A stretch of DNA of 64,000 nt from Chthonomonadales bacterium. GTDB lineage: Bacteria > Armatimonadota > Chthonomonadetes > Chthonomonadales > CAJBBX01. Position numbers and translations under genes: made by a program. Every line of letters begins with the position of its first letter. Within the stretch, counting starts at the first letter, position 1. The stretch lies in assembly GCA_037443035.1 (NCBI GenBank), contig JBBIPC010000001.1, forward strand, positions 288,001 through 352,000. The letters run 5' to 3'. The notes under the pieces are model-generated. The model did not search any database, was not told the DNA's origin, and saw nothing but the letters and a program-made list of their open reading frames with translations. Positions 62,952 to 64,000 of the stretch are shown one piece after another.

Positions 62952-63698
62952 CTACTTGCGGCCGGTCAGACGTCTTATGAGCATCTTCACCGGGTCGTAG
63001 TACTCGTCCGCCACGCGTTCTTTCAACGGTATGATCGCGTTGTCCGTGATTCTGATTTCCTCCGGACAGACGTCCTGGCAGCAGCGCGTGATATTACAGT
63101 AACCCACGCCAGCTTCGTTCCGAAGGAATTCTCGCCGTCGAAGCGTGTCAAGCGGGTGCATGTCCAGAGCGGCTAGCTTGACCATGTACCGCGGACCATA
63201 GTATGCGTCCTTCCGGTTGTGGTCGCGGAGCACGTGGCAGACCGTCTGACAGAGGAAGCACTCGATGCACTTGCGAAACTCCTGAGCTCGGGTTACGTCC
63301 GCCTGGTCCATGACCAGCGGCTTGCCGCCGGTGTCAGGCGGTTGCAGCGGCGGAATGGTCTCGGCGATGCGGTAATTCCATGAGACATCGGTCACGAGGT
63401 CCTTGATCAGCGGGAACGTCTTGATGGGGTGTACTCGAATCGTTCTCGTTGGACCGCACACATCCTCGACGCGCGTCTTGCACATAAGTCGTGGCACACC
63501 GTTGATTTCCGCACTGCAGGAGCCACACTTGGCGGCTTTGCAATTCCAGCGGCAAGCTAGGCTCCCGTCTTGCTGCTCCTGGACTTGGCGCACTGAATCG
63601 AGAACCACCATTCCGGGGTAGGTCTGGACCTCGTATTCCTTCTCCTCCCCGCCGGAGGCGTCACCTCGAAAGATCCGCAGTCGAACCGTCTCGCTCAT
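62952..63698 (-). CDS. sdhB: Succinate dehydrogenase/fumarate reductase iron-sulfur subunit
   Basis: CRWNCKAAKCGSC..C, CIECFLCQTVC, CNITRCCQDVCP. Confidence 0.92.
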   Translation of the reverse strand: MSETVRLRIFRGDASGGEEKEYEVQTYPGMVVLDSVRQVQEQQDGSLACRWNCKAAKCGSCSAEINGVPRLMCKTRVEDVCGPTRTIRVHPIKTFPLIKDLVTDVSWNYRIAETIPPLQPPDTGGKPLVMDQADVTRAQEFRKCIECFLCQTVCHVLRDHNRKDAYYGPRYMVKLAALDMHPLDTLRRREFLRNEAGVGYCNITRCCQDVCPEEIRITDNAIIPLKERVADEYYDPVKMLIRRLTGRK

Positions 63699-64000
63699 CT
63701 TCCCGCTTCCTCCATAATCTCCTTCAGGTGTGGCGCCATCTCGGGTAGGGGAACCGGAGTGACTGACATCTCGCCGTTCTGCATTCTAACGACGACGTTC
63801 CTCTTGCCCCATTCAGGATCCATGGAGGGGTAGTCCGTTCGCCATTGAGCGCCGCGGCTCTCCTTTCGCGCTAGCGCGCTCCTCACAATGGCCTCCGACA
63901 GCAAGAGCTGGAAGCGGATGTCGCGAGCCGCATGCCACCCCGGGTTGTATGTTCGTGGCCCAACCGCTCTGACCCGCTTGCTTCGTTCCTTGAGCTCGAG
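63695..64000 (-). CDS. sdhA: Succinate dehydrogenase/fumarate reductase flavoprotein, C-terminal part (truncated by the window edge)
   Basis: Open to the edge: ..YNPGWHAARD..SEAIVRSAL.RKESRGA.WR.DYP; ATGA overlap with sdhB. Confidence 0.88.
   Translation of the reverse strand, partial: LELKERSKRVRAVGPRTYNPGWHAARDIRFQLLLSEAIVRSALARKESRGAQWRTDYPSMDPEWGKRNVVVRMQNGEMSVTPVPLPEMAPHLKEIMEEAGR

Overview
A gene-dense, GC-rich bacterial core-chromosome segment. It is most consistent with Armatimonadota; this is an inference from the DUF1559/H-X9-DG prepilin-like gene, Chloroflexi-like SecA inserts and a T-box riboswitch. It carries about 57 CDSs. Housekeeping genes are secA, thyX, queG, ppdK, def-fmt, tsaE-tsaB, lexA, rsmI, purA, nfo, mrp, sixA, rph, valS, aroF-tyrA-aroA, ahcY, rqcH and sdhB/sdhA. 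There is also a cell-envelope sugar cluster (GT2, galE, rfbC-rfbB-[HldC-like]-[UbiA]-rfbD, GHL10), two GT-C-type membrane glycosyltransferases, and several secreted or carbohydrate-active proteins. A clear Val T-box lies upstream of valS, and several near-consensus sigma70 promoters and terminators are readable. I found no CRISPR array, rRNA, tRNA, transposase or prophage. Best leads: (1) an unannotated ~150-nt stand-alone transcription unit at 43.3-43.5 kb with its own promoter, two strong SD/GGA modules, micro-ORFs and a terminator; (2) a DinG helicase followed by a Rad52/Sak-like annealing protein with a Zn-ribbon tail; (3) a DAHP synthase with KPST in place of the conserved KPRT motif; (4) a structured purA leader; (5) an rml cluster lacking rmlA. 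All family assignments come from motif recognition by eye, not from database searches.
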